Below are positions 10,170-19,468 of a DNA stretch of 32,000 bases, in pieces; the first letter of the stretch is position 1, and every line of letters starts with the position of its first letter. Both the position numbers and the translations under genes were made by a program. The notes beneath the pieces were generated by a model. It ran no database searches. It was not told the DNA's origin and saw only the letters and a program-made list of their open reading frames with translations. The DNA comes from Methanothermobacter thermautotrophicus str. Delta H (GTDB taxonomy: Archaea > Methanobacteriota > Methanobacteria > Methanobacteriales > Methanothermobacteraceae). Location: the NCBI RefSeq assembly GCF_000008645.1, contig NC_000916.1, positions 90,001 through 122,000 of the forward strand, given 5' to 3'.

Positions 10170-11876
10170 ATGATAAGGGTAGAGAACCTGACAAAGACCT
10201 ATAAACTGGAGAATGGAGACGAATTCAGGGCACTTTCTGATGTTAACCTTGAGGTGGCCGAGGGTGAAATACTCGGAATTCTGGGCATGAGTGGATCAGG
10301 TAAGACAACCCTCCTGAGGATACTGAGGGGTGTGGAACCCTTTGATTCAGGGAGGATCACCCTTGATGATGTAACAGTTGAAGCTGATTCCAGCCAGTAC
10401 TATTTCTCTAAGCTGAAGAAGAAGACAGCCATTCACCTGCAGAGGTCCTTTGGTCTCTGGGCAGAGACAGCCCTTGAGAACGTTATAAGGAAGCTCTACG
10501 CTACAAGGTATGGTGATGAGTCCATGACAGACTTTGACTATGCCTCTGATGAATTCGGTGAGGATGCAATGGAGCTCCTGAGGGTTGTTGGACTTGAACA
10601 CAAGGCTGACCACTTCGCCCCGGTACTGAGCGGGGGTGAAAAACAGAGGCTCATAATGGCAAGGCAGCTTGCAAAGAAACCCCGGGTCCTTCTACTTGAT
10701 GAACCGGCAACCATGTCCTGCCCGAGGACCAAGCAGGAGATACTGGACGCCATAAAGAACATAAACAGGGAACTCGGTGTCACCGTGGTCCTTGTATCCC
10801 ACCTCCCGGAGGTCCATGAGTACCTGGCCGACAGGGTGGTGCTCATGGATGGGGGCCGCATAGTTGATGAGGGCGAACCCTCATCCATTATAGGAAGGTT
10901 CCTTGAGGACATCGAACCCCCTGTTGAATACACTCCGGGGGCCAGAGGGAAGGAGATACTCAGGGTCCGTGGTCTCGGGAAGAGGTTCGTACTCCTCAAG
11001 GGTGGAGCTGTCCTGGAGATGAGTGATGTTAACCTCGATATAGCTGAGGGGGAGATGGTGTCCATAATAGGCCCCAGCGGAGCAGGTAAGACAGTCCTCC
11101 TCAGGATGATAGGGGGTCTGGATCTACCTGATGAGGGTACAGTGGAGTTCCGCCTCAACAGTGAATGGGTCAACATGCATGAGCCTGGCGTTAAGAGGAT
11201 GGGAATAAGGCGAAAGATGGGGTTCATGCACCAGGAGTTCGCCCTCGTGCACCATGCAACCATAAGGAGTCAGATCGCCTCAAGGCTTGGTGTTAAGGGA
11301 GAACATGTTGTTGCGGAGGCAAAGAAGAGGGCCGATGAACTCGGAATAAGTGACATGGTCCTCGATGTCCTTTACCAGCTCACTGATCTTCCTGAGACCG
11401 AGGCACGGTACCGTCTGGAGAAGCTGGGCCTCTCACCTGAGATACTTGAGGAGCTCTTCCCAAGCTTCCCTGACAGTGAGGTTAAGAGGTATGCTGAGCC
11501 CATATTCAGGGCCCTTGACCTTCCCCTGAGTATACTTGACAGGAGGTCCTATGAGCTATCAGGCGGCGAGAGGGTGAGGGCGACCCTTGCCCTTGTACTC
11601 GCATCGAGGCCCGATGTACTGATACTGGATGAGCCCTTCGGGGACCTGGACCCAATCACACTGCGCATGGTCTCCAACTCCCTCAAGAGGATCAACATGG
11701 AGTTCGGGACAACCATCATAATGGTGAGCCACCATGTTGACTTCATAAGGGAGCTCAGCACCAGGGCCGTGATGGTTGAGGATGGAAGGATTGTGATGGA
11801 TGGTGAACCAGGTGAACTCTGTGATGAATTTGTTGAGAGGAGTCATGCAAGATACCTTCAGAGGGTTAAGGGGTGA
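10170..11876 (+). CDS. atwA: Methyl-coenzyme M reductase system component A2 (tandem ABC ATPase)
   Basis: Two ABC ATPase modules are present: Walker [10 protein letters not shown] and GPSGAGKTV, and signatures LSGGEKQR and LSGGERVR. There is no membrane domain. Start ATG 10170 (MIRVENLTK) has AGGTGA upstream. Confidence 0.8.
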   Translation: MIRVENLTKTYKLENGDEFRALSDVNLEVAEGEILGILGMSGSGKTTLLRILRGVEPFDSGRITLDDVTVEADSSQYYFSKLKKKTAIHLQRSFGLWAETALENVIRKLYATRYGDESMTDFDYASDEFGEDAMELLRVVGLEHKADHFAPVLSGGEKQRLIMARQLAKKPRVLLLDEPATMSCPRTKQEILDAIKNINRELGVTVVLVSHLPEVHEYLADRVVLMDGGRIVDEGEPSSIIGRFLEDIEPPVEYTPGARGKEILRVRGLGKRFVLLKGGAVLEMSDVNLDIAEGEMVSIIGPSGAGKTVLLRMIGGLDLPDEGTVEFRLNSEWVNMHEPGVKRMGIRRKMGFMHQEFALVHHATIRSQIASRLGVKGEHVVAEAKKRADELGISDMVLDVLYQLTDLPETEARYRLEKLGLSPEILEELFPSFPDSEVKRYAEPIFRALDLPLSILDRRSYELSGGERVRATLALVLASRPDVLILDEPFGDLDPITLRMVSNSLKRINMEFGTTIIMVSHHVDFIRELSTRAVMVEDGRIVMDGEPGELCDEFVERSHARYLQRVKG

Positions 11877-12433
11877 TGTCCATGGATTTTGAGGATTTTC
11901 CGGTTGAAAGCGCCCACAGGATACTGACACCCAGACCGACGGTTATGGTAACAACCGTGGATGAGGAGGGTAACATCAACGCAGCCCCCTTCTCATTCAC
12001 AATGCCGGTCTCAATTGACCCGCCGGTTGTTGCCTTTGCATCGGCGCCAGACCACCACACAGCCAGAAACATTGAGAGCACACATGAATTTGTTATAAAT
12101 ATAACACCTGCAGATATAATTGAACGGATGTGGGTCACCGCCAGGGACATTCCAGCAGGGGAGAATGAACTCGAGGCTGCGGGTCTTGCCTGGACCTCTT
12201 CCAGGAGGGTGAAGCCTCCAAGAATCGTTGAGGCCCCGGGGCACCTTGAATGTGAACTCCTCCGGATGTTTGAGGTGGGGGACCATAACCTTATAACAGG
12301 GTCTGTGGTGAGCGCATCGGTGCGGTCTGGAGCTGTGAAGGAAGGCCTCCTTGATGTTGAGTCTGTGAAGCCTGTCCTCCATGTGGGCGGAAACAAGTTT
12401 GTCGTAGGTGATCATGTGAGGCATGTTGAGTAG
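11873..12433 (+). CDS. Flavin reductase-like FMN-binding protein (flavoredoxin family)
   Basis: Typical flavin-reductase split-barrel sequence ([22 protein letters not shown]...). The start is ambiguous between GTG 11873, ATG 11876 and ATG 11882. It overlaps or abuts the atwA stop. Confidence 0.75.
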   Translation: MMSMDFEDFPVESAHRILTPRPTVMVTTVDEEGNINAAPFSFTMPVSIDPPVVAFASAPDHHTARNIESTHEFVINITPADIIERMWVTARDIPAGENELEAAGLAWTSSRRVKPPRIVEAPGHLECELLRMFEVGDHNLITGSVVSASVRSGAVKEGLLDVESVKPVLHVGGNKFVVGDHVRHVE

Positions 12434-12441
12434 GTGGTTTC

Positions 12442-12837
12442 ATGTTTGAAAAGATAATGGTTCCAACGGATGGCTCAGAGTACGCTGCAAGGGCAGAGGA
12501 TATGGCCATAGAACTCGCAGGGCGTCTGGGTTCCGTGGTGATTGCAGTCCATGTCATCGATGAGAAGCTGATATACCCCTTTGATGTCCTTGAGGATGAA
12601 GGTAAGGAGATACTGGCGTCTGTTCAGAGGAAGGGGCGTGAGGCTGGTGTCCAGGTTGATGAGGTACTTGTCTTCGGCAGCCCGGCCCATGACATGAAGA
12701 AGATCACAGAGAAGACAGGGGCTGATCTTGTGGTTATCGCATCCCATGGGAGGTCAGGCCTTGAGAAACTGCTGATGGGGAGTGTTGCTGAGACAACCCT
12801 CAAGACTGTGGATGTTCCGGTCCTCCTGGTGAAATGA
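12442..12837 (+). CDS. Universal stress protein (UspA family)
   Basis: KIMVPTDGSEYA at the N-terminus and IASHGRSGLEKLLMGSVAE near the C-terminus. A T6 tract follows at 12841-12846. Confidence 0.85.
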   Translation: MFEKIMVPTDGSEYAARAEDMAIELAGRLGSVVIAVHVIDEKLIYPFDVLEDEGKEILASVQRKGREAGVQVDEVLVFGSPAHDMKKITEKTGADLVVIASHGRSGLEKLLMGSVAETTLKTVDVPVLLVK

Positions 12838-12859
12838 TAATTTTTTCACCCCTGGTTAG

Positions 12860-12887
12860 AAAGGTATATATGGAAGTATATAATAAT
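12860..12887 (+). promoter_or_regulatory. Archaeal TATA-box region (two candidate boxes) for the small membrane-protein gene
   Basis: Candidate boxes are AAAGGTATATATGG (12860-12873) and GTATATAATAAT (12876-12887). They lie 40-65 nt upstream of the TTG start at 12927. Confidence 0.5.
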
Positions 12888-12914
12888 CTGATATATCAAA
12901 ATTTGATATATCAG
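12888..12914. promoter_or_regulatory. Perfect 27-bp palindrome, made of two TGATATATCA sites 15 bp apart; candidate operator
   Basis: In CTGATATATCAAAATTTGATATATCAG all 13 arm positions pair. It sits between the TATA candidates and the RBS, across the predicted transcription start. Confidence 0.6.
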
Positions 12915-12926
12915 AGAGGTGTTAGG

Positions 12927-13115
12927 TTGAAAAGGGTGTTCAGTGGTATAAAGTCCTACCTTACAGACTGGAAGAACCTTCTAACCCACAGCCTCGTGGG
13001 TGTTCTGATACTCTTAATCGCCCTCTATGCACCCGTAAGCCCATACATTAGGATGGGCTTTGTGGGATGCGTTGTTGGATTCAATGTATTCAGAATGAAG
13101 TACCTCGACCAGTAA
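12927..13115 (+). CDS. Small hypothetical membrane protein (62 aa, two predicted TM helices)
   Basis: TTG start has AGAGAGGTG 5 nt upstream. Hydrophobic segments are LVGVLILLIALYAPV and MGFVGCVVGF. The stop is followed by a T6 tract, a hairpin and a T7 tract. No homology is recognised. Confidence 0.4.
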   Translation: MKRVFSGIKSYLTDWKNLLTHSLVGVLILLIALYAPVSPYIRMGFVGCVVGFNVFRMKYLDQ

Positions 13116-13118
13116 AAC

Positions 13119-13160
13119 TCTTTTTTAAGGACCTCCGGGTCCTGCAGATATTATTTTTTT
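13119..13160 (+). terminator. Oligo-T terminator region (T6, 6-bp hairpin, T7)
   Basis: T6 at 13121-13126. AGGACC-tccg-GGTCCT hairpin at 13128-13143. T7 at 13154-13160. Archaeal termination is known to occur at oligo-T tracts. Confidence 0.5.
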
Positions 13161-13298
13161 GAGATTAATCTGGACGTATATTATTCTTTGCTTCAGATCT
13201 TCTTTTTATCAGCAGGTACCCTGCTCCTATGGCAGCCCATTAAACAAATTATCAGATGTATGCCGGGTCTCTCAACACTATAAAGCTTTCGCAGTGAA

Positions 13299-13322
13299 TT
13301 TTATAGATAATTTTAAATTTTA
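13299..13322 (+). promoter_or_regulatory. Candidate TATA box region of the rubredoxin-fprA-ferritin-prx-sod cluster
   Basis: TTTTATAGATAATTTTAAATTTTA lies 50-75 nt upstream of the first rubredoxin ATG (13374). Confidence 0.45.
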
Positions 13323-13373
13323 GGAGAGTAATAAAGATATAGCGTGGCAGCCATAAAATCAGAGGTATCAGCC

Positions 13374-13535
13374 ATGAAGAGATACAAGTGCCGTGTATGC
13401 GGATACATCTACGACCCCGAGAAGGGCGAGCCCCGGACGGACACACCACCCGGAACACCATTTGAGGACCTCCCGGAGACCTGGAGGTGCCCCTCATGCG
13501 GTGCAAAGAAGAAGATGTTCAAACCACTGGATTGA
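13374..13535 (+). CDS. rub: Rubredoxin (53 aa)
   Basis: CRVCGY...CPSCG metal-binding pairs and the [11 protein letters not shown] core. ATG 13374 has AGAGGT 7 nt upstream. The track start at 13344 is less likely. Confidence 0.9.
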   Translation: MKRYKCRVCGYIYDPEKGEPRTDTPPGTPFEDLPETWRCPSCGAKKKMFKPLD

Positions 13536-13546
13536 GAGGTGAATGA

Positions 13547-13708
13547 ATGGACAAATATGTTTGTCAGATGTGCGGATACATCTACGACCCTGAGGAGGGA
13601 GACCCTGTTTCAGGCATAGAGGCAGGAACACCCTTCGAGGACCTCCCGGACGACTGGGTATGCCCGGTCTGCGGGGTTGGAAAGGACCAGTTCAAGAAGA
13701 TGGATTAG
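13547..13708 (+). CDS. rub: Rubredoxin, second tandem copy (53 aa); not in the supplied ORF track
   Basis: Manual translation gives [60 protein letters not shown] lies upstream. The TAG stop (13706-13708) directly abuts the fprA ATG. Confidence 0.9.
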   Translation: MDKYVCQMCGYIYDPEEGDPVSGIEAGTPFEDLPDDWVCPVCGVGKDQFKKMD

Positions 13709-14866
13709 ATGACAGCAAAAAGGATTGCTGATGGGGTTTACTACACAGGCACCATCGACTGGGACAGAAGGACCTTCGATGAACTTGTAACCCTCCCGAG
13801 GGGTACAAGTTACAACTCCTACCTGATCTCTGGAACCAGCGCCACAGCCCTCATTGACACCACGGAGCCATCAAGGGCAGCCGAACTCCTCAGGACCCTT
13901 GAGGAGATGGACGCAGATATAAAATACATAGTATCACAGCATGCAGAACAGGATCACTCAGGCACCATACCCGAACTCCTTGAAATCTACCCTGAGGCAG
14001 AGGTCATCGGGACACCTGCATGCATAGAACTTCTGCAGGAGCTTCTGAGGATCAACGGGAACTTCAGGGAGGTTAAGGACGGTGAAAGCCTCTCCCTGGG
14101 TGACAGGACACTGAGATTCATCGTAACACCATGGGTTCACTGGCCAGATACCATGGTAACCTACCTTGAGGAGGATGGCATACTCTTTACATGCGACTTC
14201 TTCGGATCACACATTGCAACATCAGACATCATGGAGACACCAGATGACTTCCTGAGGGAGGCAAAGAGGTACTACGCCCACATAATGATGCCCTTCAGCC
14301 AGATGGTGGCATCAAACCTCAGGAAGATCTCAGAGCTTGAAGTATCCATGATAGCACCATCACATGGCCCGGTCATATCTGAACCCGGGCTCATAATGGA
14401 CGCCTATGATACCTGGACCTCAGGCGGGGATGGAGTGGTCATCGCCTACACCACCATGCATGGAAGCACCAGGGTCATGGTTGAGAGACTCACAGAGAAA
14501 CTCATGGAACTTGATGTGAGTGTGAGACCGGTGAACGTTGCAGAACATGACACAGGGGAATTCCTGACGGAACTCGTCGACGCATCCGTGCTTGTCGTGG
14601 CATCCCCGACGGTACTCACAAGACCACATCCAGCCATAGCATCAGTCCTCTACCTCGTAAACGCCCTGAGACCACCCTTAAGGCATGTTGCGGTCATGGG
14701 ATCCTATGGATGGGGCAGCCTGATAGAATCCGAGGTCAGGAAGCTCCTGTCAAATCTGAATGTCGAATACCTTGAATCCGTCCTTGTGAAGGGTCTCCCG
14801 GTGGAGGAGGACCTTCAGAGGGTGGATGAACTTGCCATGAAGATAAAGGGGGTGAATGAATGGTAA
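13709..14866 (+). CDS. fprA: Flavodiiron protein / F420H2 oxidase (flavoprotein A)
   Basis: Metallo-beta-lactamase-like domain with diiron motif HAEQDH, plus a C-terminal flavodoxin domain ([13 protein letters not shown]). Rubredoxin genes lie immediately upstream. Confidence 0.9.
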   Translation: MTAKRIADGVYYTGTIDWDRRTFDELVTLPRGTSYNSYLISGTSATALIDTTEPSRAAELLRTLEEMDADIKYIVSQHAEQDHSGTIPELLEIYPEAEVIGTPACIELLQELLRINGNFREVKDGESLSLGDRTLRFIVTPWVHWPDTMVTYLEEDGILFTCDFFGSHIATSDIMETPDDFLREAKRYYAHIMMPFSQMVASNLRKISELEVSMIAPSHGPVISEPGLIMDAYDTWTSGGDGVVIAYTTMHGSTRVMVERLTEKLMELDVSVRPVNVAEHDTGEFLTELVDASVLVVASPTVLTRPHPAIASVLYLVNALRPPLRHVAVMGSYGWGSLIESEVRKLLSNLNVEYLESVLVKGLPVEEDLQRVDELAMKIKGVNEW

Positions 14867-15375
14867 GTGAAAGGATGCAGGAGGCGCTAAACAGGCAGCT
14901 AAATGCTGAGCTCTACTCAGCATATCTCTACCTTTCAATGGCAGCCTACTACGAGGCCTCCGATCTTCCTGGATTCGCAAACTGGATGCGTGTACAGGCC
15001 CAGGAGGAGCTTTCACACGCAATGAAATTCTACGACTACCTTGTGCAGAGGGGTGCAAGGGTCGTACTGGATGAGATAGAGAAACCACCATTTGAGTGGG
15101 AATCACCACTTGAGGTGGCCAAGCATGTCCTTGAACATGAGAAGAAGGTCACAGGACTCATAAATGACCTTGTGGACCTCGCCATCTCAGAGAGGGATCA
15201 TGCAACCAACAACTTCCTCCAGTGGTTCGTTGCAGAGCAGGTTGAGGAGGAGGAATCAGCAGGGAGCCTTCTCCAGAGGGTGCGCCTCGCATCAGACTCA
15301 CCCAGCGGACTCCTCATGCTGGATGCAGAACTGGCAAAGAGGGTCTACAATCCACCCGCAGATAAGGGGGAATGA
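14860..15375 (+). CDS. Ferritin (non-haem, Ftn type)
   Basis: [31 protein letters not shown]... closely resembles archaeal ferritins such as the one from Pyrococcus. The start overlaps the fprA stop (ATGGTAA). Confidence 0.85.
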   Translation: MVSERMQEALNRQLNAELYSAYLYLSMAAYYEASDLPGFANWMRVQAQEELSHAMKFYDYLVQRGARVVLDEIEKPPFEWESPLEVAKHVLEHEKKVTGLINDLVDLAISERDHATNNFLQWFVAEQVEEEESAGSLLQRVRLASDSPSGLLMLDAELAKRVYNPPADKGE

Positions 15376-15429
15376 GCTATGGGGGAGAAGGTATACGAAC
15401 TCAGAAAGATAAAGAAAAAGGGAAGGGGA

Positions 15430-16059
15430 ATGCCCCTCATAGGGGATAAATTCCCGGAGATGGAGGTCCAGACGACCCATGGACCGATGGAACTCCCGGA
15501 TGAATTTGAGGGCAAATGGTTCATCCTCTTCAGCCACCCTGCAGACTTCACACCGGTCTGCACAACGGAGTTCGTGGCCTTTCAGGAGGTATACCCGGAA
15601 CTCCGGGAACTTGACTGTGAACTCGTGGGCCTCAGTGTTGACCAGGTATTCTCCCACATCAAGTGGATCGAGTGGATAGCCGAGAACCTTGACACAGAGA
15701 TAGAGTTCCCGGTGATAGCAGATACCGGACGGGTGGCGGACACCCTGGGACTCATCCACCCGGCAAGACCCACAAACACCGTCAGGGCAGTCTTTGTGGT
15801 GGACCCGGAGGGGATAATAAGGGCCATCCTATACTATCCACAGGAACTTGGAAGGAACATCCCGGAAATCGTGAGGATGATACGTGCCTTCAGGGTCATA
15901 GATGCTGAGGGGGTTGCAGCACCAGCCAACTGGCCCGATAACCAGCTCATCGGTGACCATGTGATAGTGCCTCCCGCATCTGATATTGAAACCGCGAGAA
16001 AGAGGAAGGATGAATATGAATGCTATGACTGGTGGCTATGCACCCAAAGTAGGGGGTGA
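15430..16059 (+). CDS. Peroxiredoxin (AhpC/TSA, archaeal Prx6-like)
   Basis: [13 protein letters not shown]...[19 protein letters not shown] contains the peroxidatic Cys motif. Archaeal homologues start at the MPLIG-equivalent position. ATG 15379 is an alternative start that would add 17 aa. Confidence 0.85.
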   Translation: MPLIGDKFPEMEVQTTHGPMELPDEFEGKWFILFSHPADFTPVCTTEFVAFQEVYPELRELDCELVGLSVDQVFSHIKWIEWIAENLDTEIEFPVIADTGRVADTLGLIHPARPTNTVRAVFVVDPEGIIRAILYYPQELGRNIPEIVRMIRAFRVIDAEGVAAPANWPDNQLIGDHVIVPPASDIETARKRKDEYECYDWWLCTQSRG

Positions 16060-16673
16060 ATGATTTGGAGAAAAAATTCTATGAGCTACCTGAGCTCCCG
16101 TACCCATACGACGCCCTTGAACCACACATATCCCGGGAGCAGCTCACCATACACCACCAGAAACACCACCAGGCATACGTGGATGGTGCCAACGCACTCC
16201 TCAGGAAACTGGATGAGGCAAGGGAATCAGACACAGACGTTGACATCAAGGCAGCCCTCAAGGAGCTCTCCTTCCATGTTGGGGGCTACGTGCTTCACCT
16301 CTTCTTCTGGGGTAACATGGGACCCGCAGATGAATGCGGAGGAGAACCCTCAGGAAAACTCGCAGAGTACATAGAGAAGGACTTTGGAAGCTTTGAAAGA
16401 TTCAGGAAGGAGTTCTCACAGGCAGCAATAAGTGCAGAGGGTTCAGGATGGGCGGTACTCACCTACTGCCAGAGGACAGACAGGCTCTTCATAATGCAGG
16501 TCGAGAAACACAACGTCAACGTCATACCACACTTCAGGATACTCCTGGTCCTCGATGTATGGGAACACGCCTACTACATTGACTACAGGAACGTGAGACC
16601 AGACTACGTTGAGGCATTCTGGAACATAGTTAACTGGAAGGAAGTTGAAAAACGCTTCGAGGATATCCTCTAA
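16056..16673 (+). CDS. sod: Fe/Mn superoxide dismutase
   Basis: [26 protein letters not shown] and DVWEHAYY motifs. GTG start overlaps the prx stop (GTGA). Length is 205 aa. Confidence 0.9.
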   Translation: MNDLEKKFYELPELPYPYDALEPHISREQLTIHHQKHHQAYVDGANALLRKLDEARESDTDVDIKAALKELSFHVGGYVLHLFFWGNMGPADECGGEPSGKLAEYIEKDFGSFERFRKEFSQAAISAEGSGWAVLTYCQRTDRLFIMQVEKHNVNVIPHFRILLVLDVWEHAYYIDYRNVRPDYVEAFWNIVNWKEVEKRFEDIL

Positions 16674-16723
16674 CCAGTAATCACAGGAGATCATCCTCTC
16701 TTATCTTTTTTTCAAATGATTTT

Positions 16724-16813
16724 CCTTGAGTCAGATCAGAGGCGGCCCTTATTTTTTTTAAATCATCACCTTGAGTCAGATTAGAGGCGGCCCTTATTTT
16801 TTTTAAATCATCA
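16724..16813. repeat. Two tandem 45-bp copies (44/45 identical), each with a T8 tract; likely tandem terminators after sod
   Basis: Copy 1 is 16724-16768 and copy 2 is 16769-16813, with unit CCTTGAGTCAGAT(C/T)AGAGGCGGCCCTTATTTTTTTTAAATCATCA. A degenerate third unit with a T7 tract lies at about 16700-16723. Confidence 0.8.
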
Positions 16814-16911
16814 TCTTCCATGGAGTTTCTCCTGGTCCAAATACCGGGGTAACATTTATTTTTAAAGCATCATAAATCATTAAGAGTTACACTGATCCGG
16901 GAATGATTCTG

Positions 16912-18207
16912 ATGATCTGGAATAGGGAAATGGAATGCATATCAAGGGATGAACTGGAGGAACTGCAGCTCAGGAGACTACAGGATACCGTGAAGAGGGC
17001 CTATGAGAATGTACCCTACTACAGGGAGGCCTTTGAAAGGGTGGAGGTTTACCCCGAGGATATAGAGACCCTTGACGATATAGAAAAACTCCCCTACACA
17101 ACAAAGGACGACCTGAGGAGGGTCTACCCCTTCGGGATGTTCGCAGTGCCACGCAGGGAGATAGTTGAGGTTCACACATCATCAGGGACAACAGGCAAGC
17201 CGGTGGTCTCAGGCTACACCAGGGAGGACATTGAAATATGGAGTGAGGTCATGGCAAGGGGCCTTACCATGATGGGCCTCACCGAGGATGATGTAATCCA
17301 GAACACCCACGGCTACGGACTTTTCACAGGGGGCTTCGGTGTCCACTACGGGGCCCAGAAGATCGGGGCCACGGTCATACCCATATCAACGGGGCAGACA
17401 AGAAGGCAGATAGAGATAATGAAGGACTTCGGAACAACAGTCATGATATTCACACCATCCTACGGTCTCTACCTTTCTGAAATAGCACGTGAAGAAGGAT
17501 TCAACCCTGAAGAGTCCAGGATAAAGGCAATAGGCTTCGGAGCCGAGATGTGGACCGAGGAGATGAGGGCTGAGATCGAGAGAAGATTCAATGCACCGGC
17601 CTTCAACATATACGGCCTGACAGAGATAATGGGGCCAGGTGTTGCAATGGAGTGCAGTGAGAAGAAGGGACTCCACATTGCAGAGGACCACTTCTACCCT
17701 GAGATAATAGATAAGAACGGTGAGAGGCTCGGCCCAGGGGAAAGGGGTGAACTTGTGATCACAACACTGACGAGGGTGGGGATGCCTGTTATAAGGTTCA
17801 GGACCAAGGACATAACCTCCATAGACTATGACCCCTGCAACTGCGGCAGGACCCTTGCAAGGATCTCAAGGATCACAGGCAGGGTTGACGATATGCTCAA
17901 GGTCCGCGGGGTATCAGTGTTCCCATCACAGATAGAGAAGGCGCTACTCCGCATAGACGGAATAGAACCCCACTACCAGATAATAGTGACAAGGCCCCAC
18001 CTCATGGATGAACTTGAGGTCAGGGTTGAAACATCACCGGAACTCTTCTCAGATGATATCCGGAAGATGGTGGAGACCCGGGACCGCATCGAGGAGTTCA
18101 TAGAGAATGAGATAGGCCTCAGGGTCAAGGTGACCCTTGTGGAACCCGGAACCATACCCCGGAGTGAGGGCAAGACTGTGAGGGTGATAGACAGGAGGAA
18201 CCTCTAG
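16912..18207 (+). CDS. Phenylacetate-CoA ligase family adenylating enzyme (PaaK-like / coenzyme F390 synthetase-like)
   Basis: [24 protein letters not shown]..., the AMP-binding motif TSSGTTGKP and YGLTE. Start ATG 16912 matches family N-termini. ATG 16903 is the alternative. Confidence 0.8.
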   Translation: MIWNREMECISRDELEELQLRRLQDTVKRAYENVPYYREAFERVEVYPEDIETLDDIEKLPYTTKDDLRRVYPFGMFAVPRREIVEVHTSSGTTGKPVVSGYTREDIEIWSEVMARGLTMMGLTEDDVIQNTHGYGLFTGGFGVHYGAQKIGATVIPISTGQTRRQIEIMKDFGTTVMIFTPSYGLYLSEIAREEGFNPEESRIKAIGFGAEMWTEEMRAEIERRFNAPAFNIYGLTEIMGPGVAMECSEKKGLHIAEDHFYPEIIDKNGERLGPGERGELVITTLTRVGMPVIRFRTKDITSIDYDPCNCGRTLARISRITGRVDDMLKVRGVSVFPSQIEKALLRIDGIEPHYQIIVTRPHLMDELEVRVETSPELFSDDIRKMVETRDRIEEFIENEIGLRVKVTLVEPGTIPRSEGKTVRVIDRRNL

Positions 18208-18231
18208 TTTAAAGGACGAGGCTGTGATAAT

Positions 18232-18663
18232 ATGAGGGTTAAGCAGATATCTATATTCCTTGAAAATAAGAAGGGCCGGCTCTGGAAGGCCCTCAGCACA
18301 CTTGCAGAGGCAGGTATAAACCTCAGGGCACTTTCACTTGCAGACACATCCGAATTCGGCATACTGAGACTCATAGTACCCGAACCTCAAGAGGCGGCGG
18401 CCGTGCTTGAGGATAAGGGTTTTGTCGTTAAAATTAAGGACGTGGTTGCGGTTGAAATGGATGACCGGCCAGGGGGCCTTTCATCCATCCTCGAGGTGCT
18501 GAAGGACTACGACCTGAACCTTGACTACATATACGCCTTTGTACATGAGAAGAAGGACAAGGCCATACTGTTCATGAGTACAGAGGACCTGGACGCCCTT
18601 GAGGGTGCACTGAGGGATGCGGGGGTGCGCATGGTCCCGCCTGAGGAGGTCTATTCCCTCTGA
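18232..18663 (+). CDS. ACT-domain protein (tandem ACT)
   Basis: Two ACT-like units (ISIFLENKKGRL... and VAVEMDDRPGGLSSIL...). This type of protein commonly follows PaaK-like genes in archaea. Confidence 0.75.
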   Translation: MRVKQISIFLENKKGRLWKALSTLAEAGINLRALSLADTSEFGILRLIVPEPQEAAAVLEDKGFVVKIKDVVAVEMDDRPGGLSSILEVLKDYDLNLDYIYAFVHEKKDKAILFMSTEDLDALEGALRDAGVRMVPPEEVYSL

Positions 18664-18670
18664 TTGATTT

Positions 18671-19468
18671 TTATTCCTTGTGGGTGAGCCTGAGGTCCTC
18701 CACAGAGTACTCAACACCCTCCTTCTCAAGTTTTTCTGTTATACTCCTGCTCATTTTACCAACTGCAAGTACAAGGACGTTGAGGCCCCTCTTTGCAGCT
18801 GCAAGTGCTGCGTGGGGTGTTGCGAACTCAAAATCCACCTGCAGGTTCAGTTTATTTGCAGCCGCCCTTGAAACGGTCCCCATTATCCCGGTTCTATCAT
18901 GGCCTCTGCTGAGCTCCCTCAACCTTTCAAGGTCGGCGTTCCTTGATCCACCCTCAGATATTCCTGGCAGCACGGCTATGGTCACCTTACCCCGCTGGAG
19001 TGGTATGGTCCCCCCGAGTTCTGATAGGGCAACATCCTCACCCCTCCGTGCAGGGTGGAGTACCTCTGCATAGGCCTCCCCGTTTCTCCTCCTCCTTGCA
19101 TATAGTATACCATCCTCCATGAAAAGTTCAACCTTATCCCCCTCCTGGAGGTCCTCCCAGGCTATGGCCGGCCACACAGACCTGTAGAAGCTCATGGATT
19201 CAAGCACCTCATCTGCGTACCTTCGAAGGTCCATGGCGGCCTCCTTGATCTTCTCAGCACCCCTCCTTGTTATCTTGTAGTGGGACCTACCGCTTCCGGA
19301 CTCAACCAGGCCCTCGGCTATGAGGCTCTTGATGTTCTCAGAGACTGCCTGGACAGTTACTCCGAGCTTATCTGCTATGTCCTTCTGCCTCACATAGGGC
19401 TGACGCATGGCTATCTCACTAAGTATCTGAAAGCGTGTAAGTTCACCCTTTTTTCTCAATGCCTTCAT
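18671..19468 (-). CDS. Winged-helix transcriptional regulator with an uncharacterised C-terminal domain (DRTG motif)
   Basis: The N-terminal wHTH is LTRFQILSEIAMRQPYVRQKDIADKLGVTVQAVSENIKSLIAEGLV. The C-terminal region contains HDRTGIMG, reminiscent of DRTGG-type domains. The start overlaps the upstream stop (ATGA). Confidence 0.65.
   Translation of the reverse strand: MKALRKKGELTRFQILSEIAMRQPYVRQKDIADKLGVTVQAVSENIKSLIAEGLVESGSGRSHYKITRRGAEKIKEAAMDLRRYADEVLESMSFYRSVWPAIAWEDLQEGDKVELFMEDGILYARRRRNGEAYAEVLHPARRGEDVALSELGGTIPLQRGKVTIAVLPGISEGGSRNADLERLRELSRGHDRTGIMGTVSRAAANKLNLQVDFEFATPHAALAAAKRGLNVLVLAVGKMSRSITEKLEKEGVEYSVEDLRLTHKE

Noticed and set aside
10538-11263. 241-aa ORF antisense to atwA
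   Set aside because: It lies entirely inside and opposite a strongly supported ABC-ATPase gene. The product is a low-complexity Ser/Pro/Arg-rich sequence with no motif. This is the typical mirror-frame ORF of a codon-biased gene.
11866-12396. 176-aa ORF antisense to the flavoredoxin-like gene
   Set aside because: This is a shadow ORF opposite a gene with clear family similarity. Its product is Ser/Thr/Pro-rich with no motif.
12834-12926. N-terminal third of ORF 12834..13115, including NLIYQNLIYQ
   Set aside because: The repeated peptide is simply the translation of the 27-bp palindrome. The region also contains the TATA-like boxes and a T6 tract, so it is better explained as promoter and operator DNA.
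13211-13225. Small hairpin AGCAGG-tac-CCTGCT upstream of the rubredoxin promoter
   Set aside because: The stem is only 6 bp with a 3-nt loop. It has no flanking T tract and no positional relation to the TATA box, so it is at chance level.
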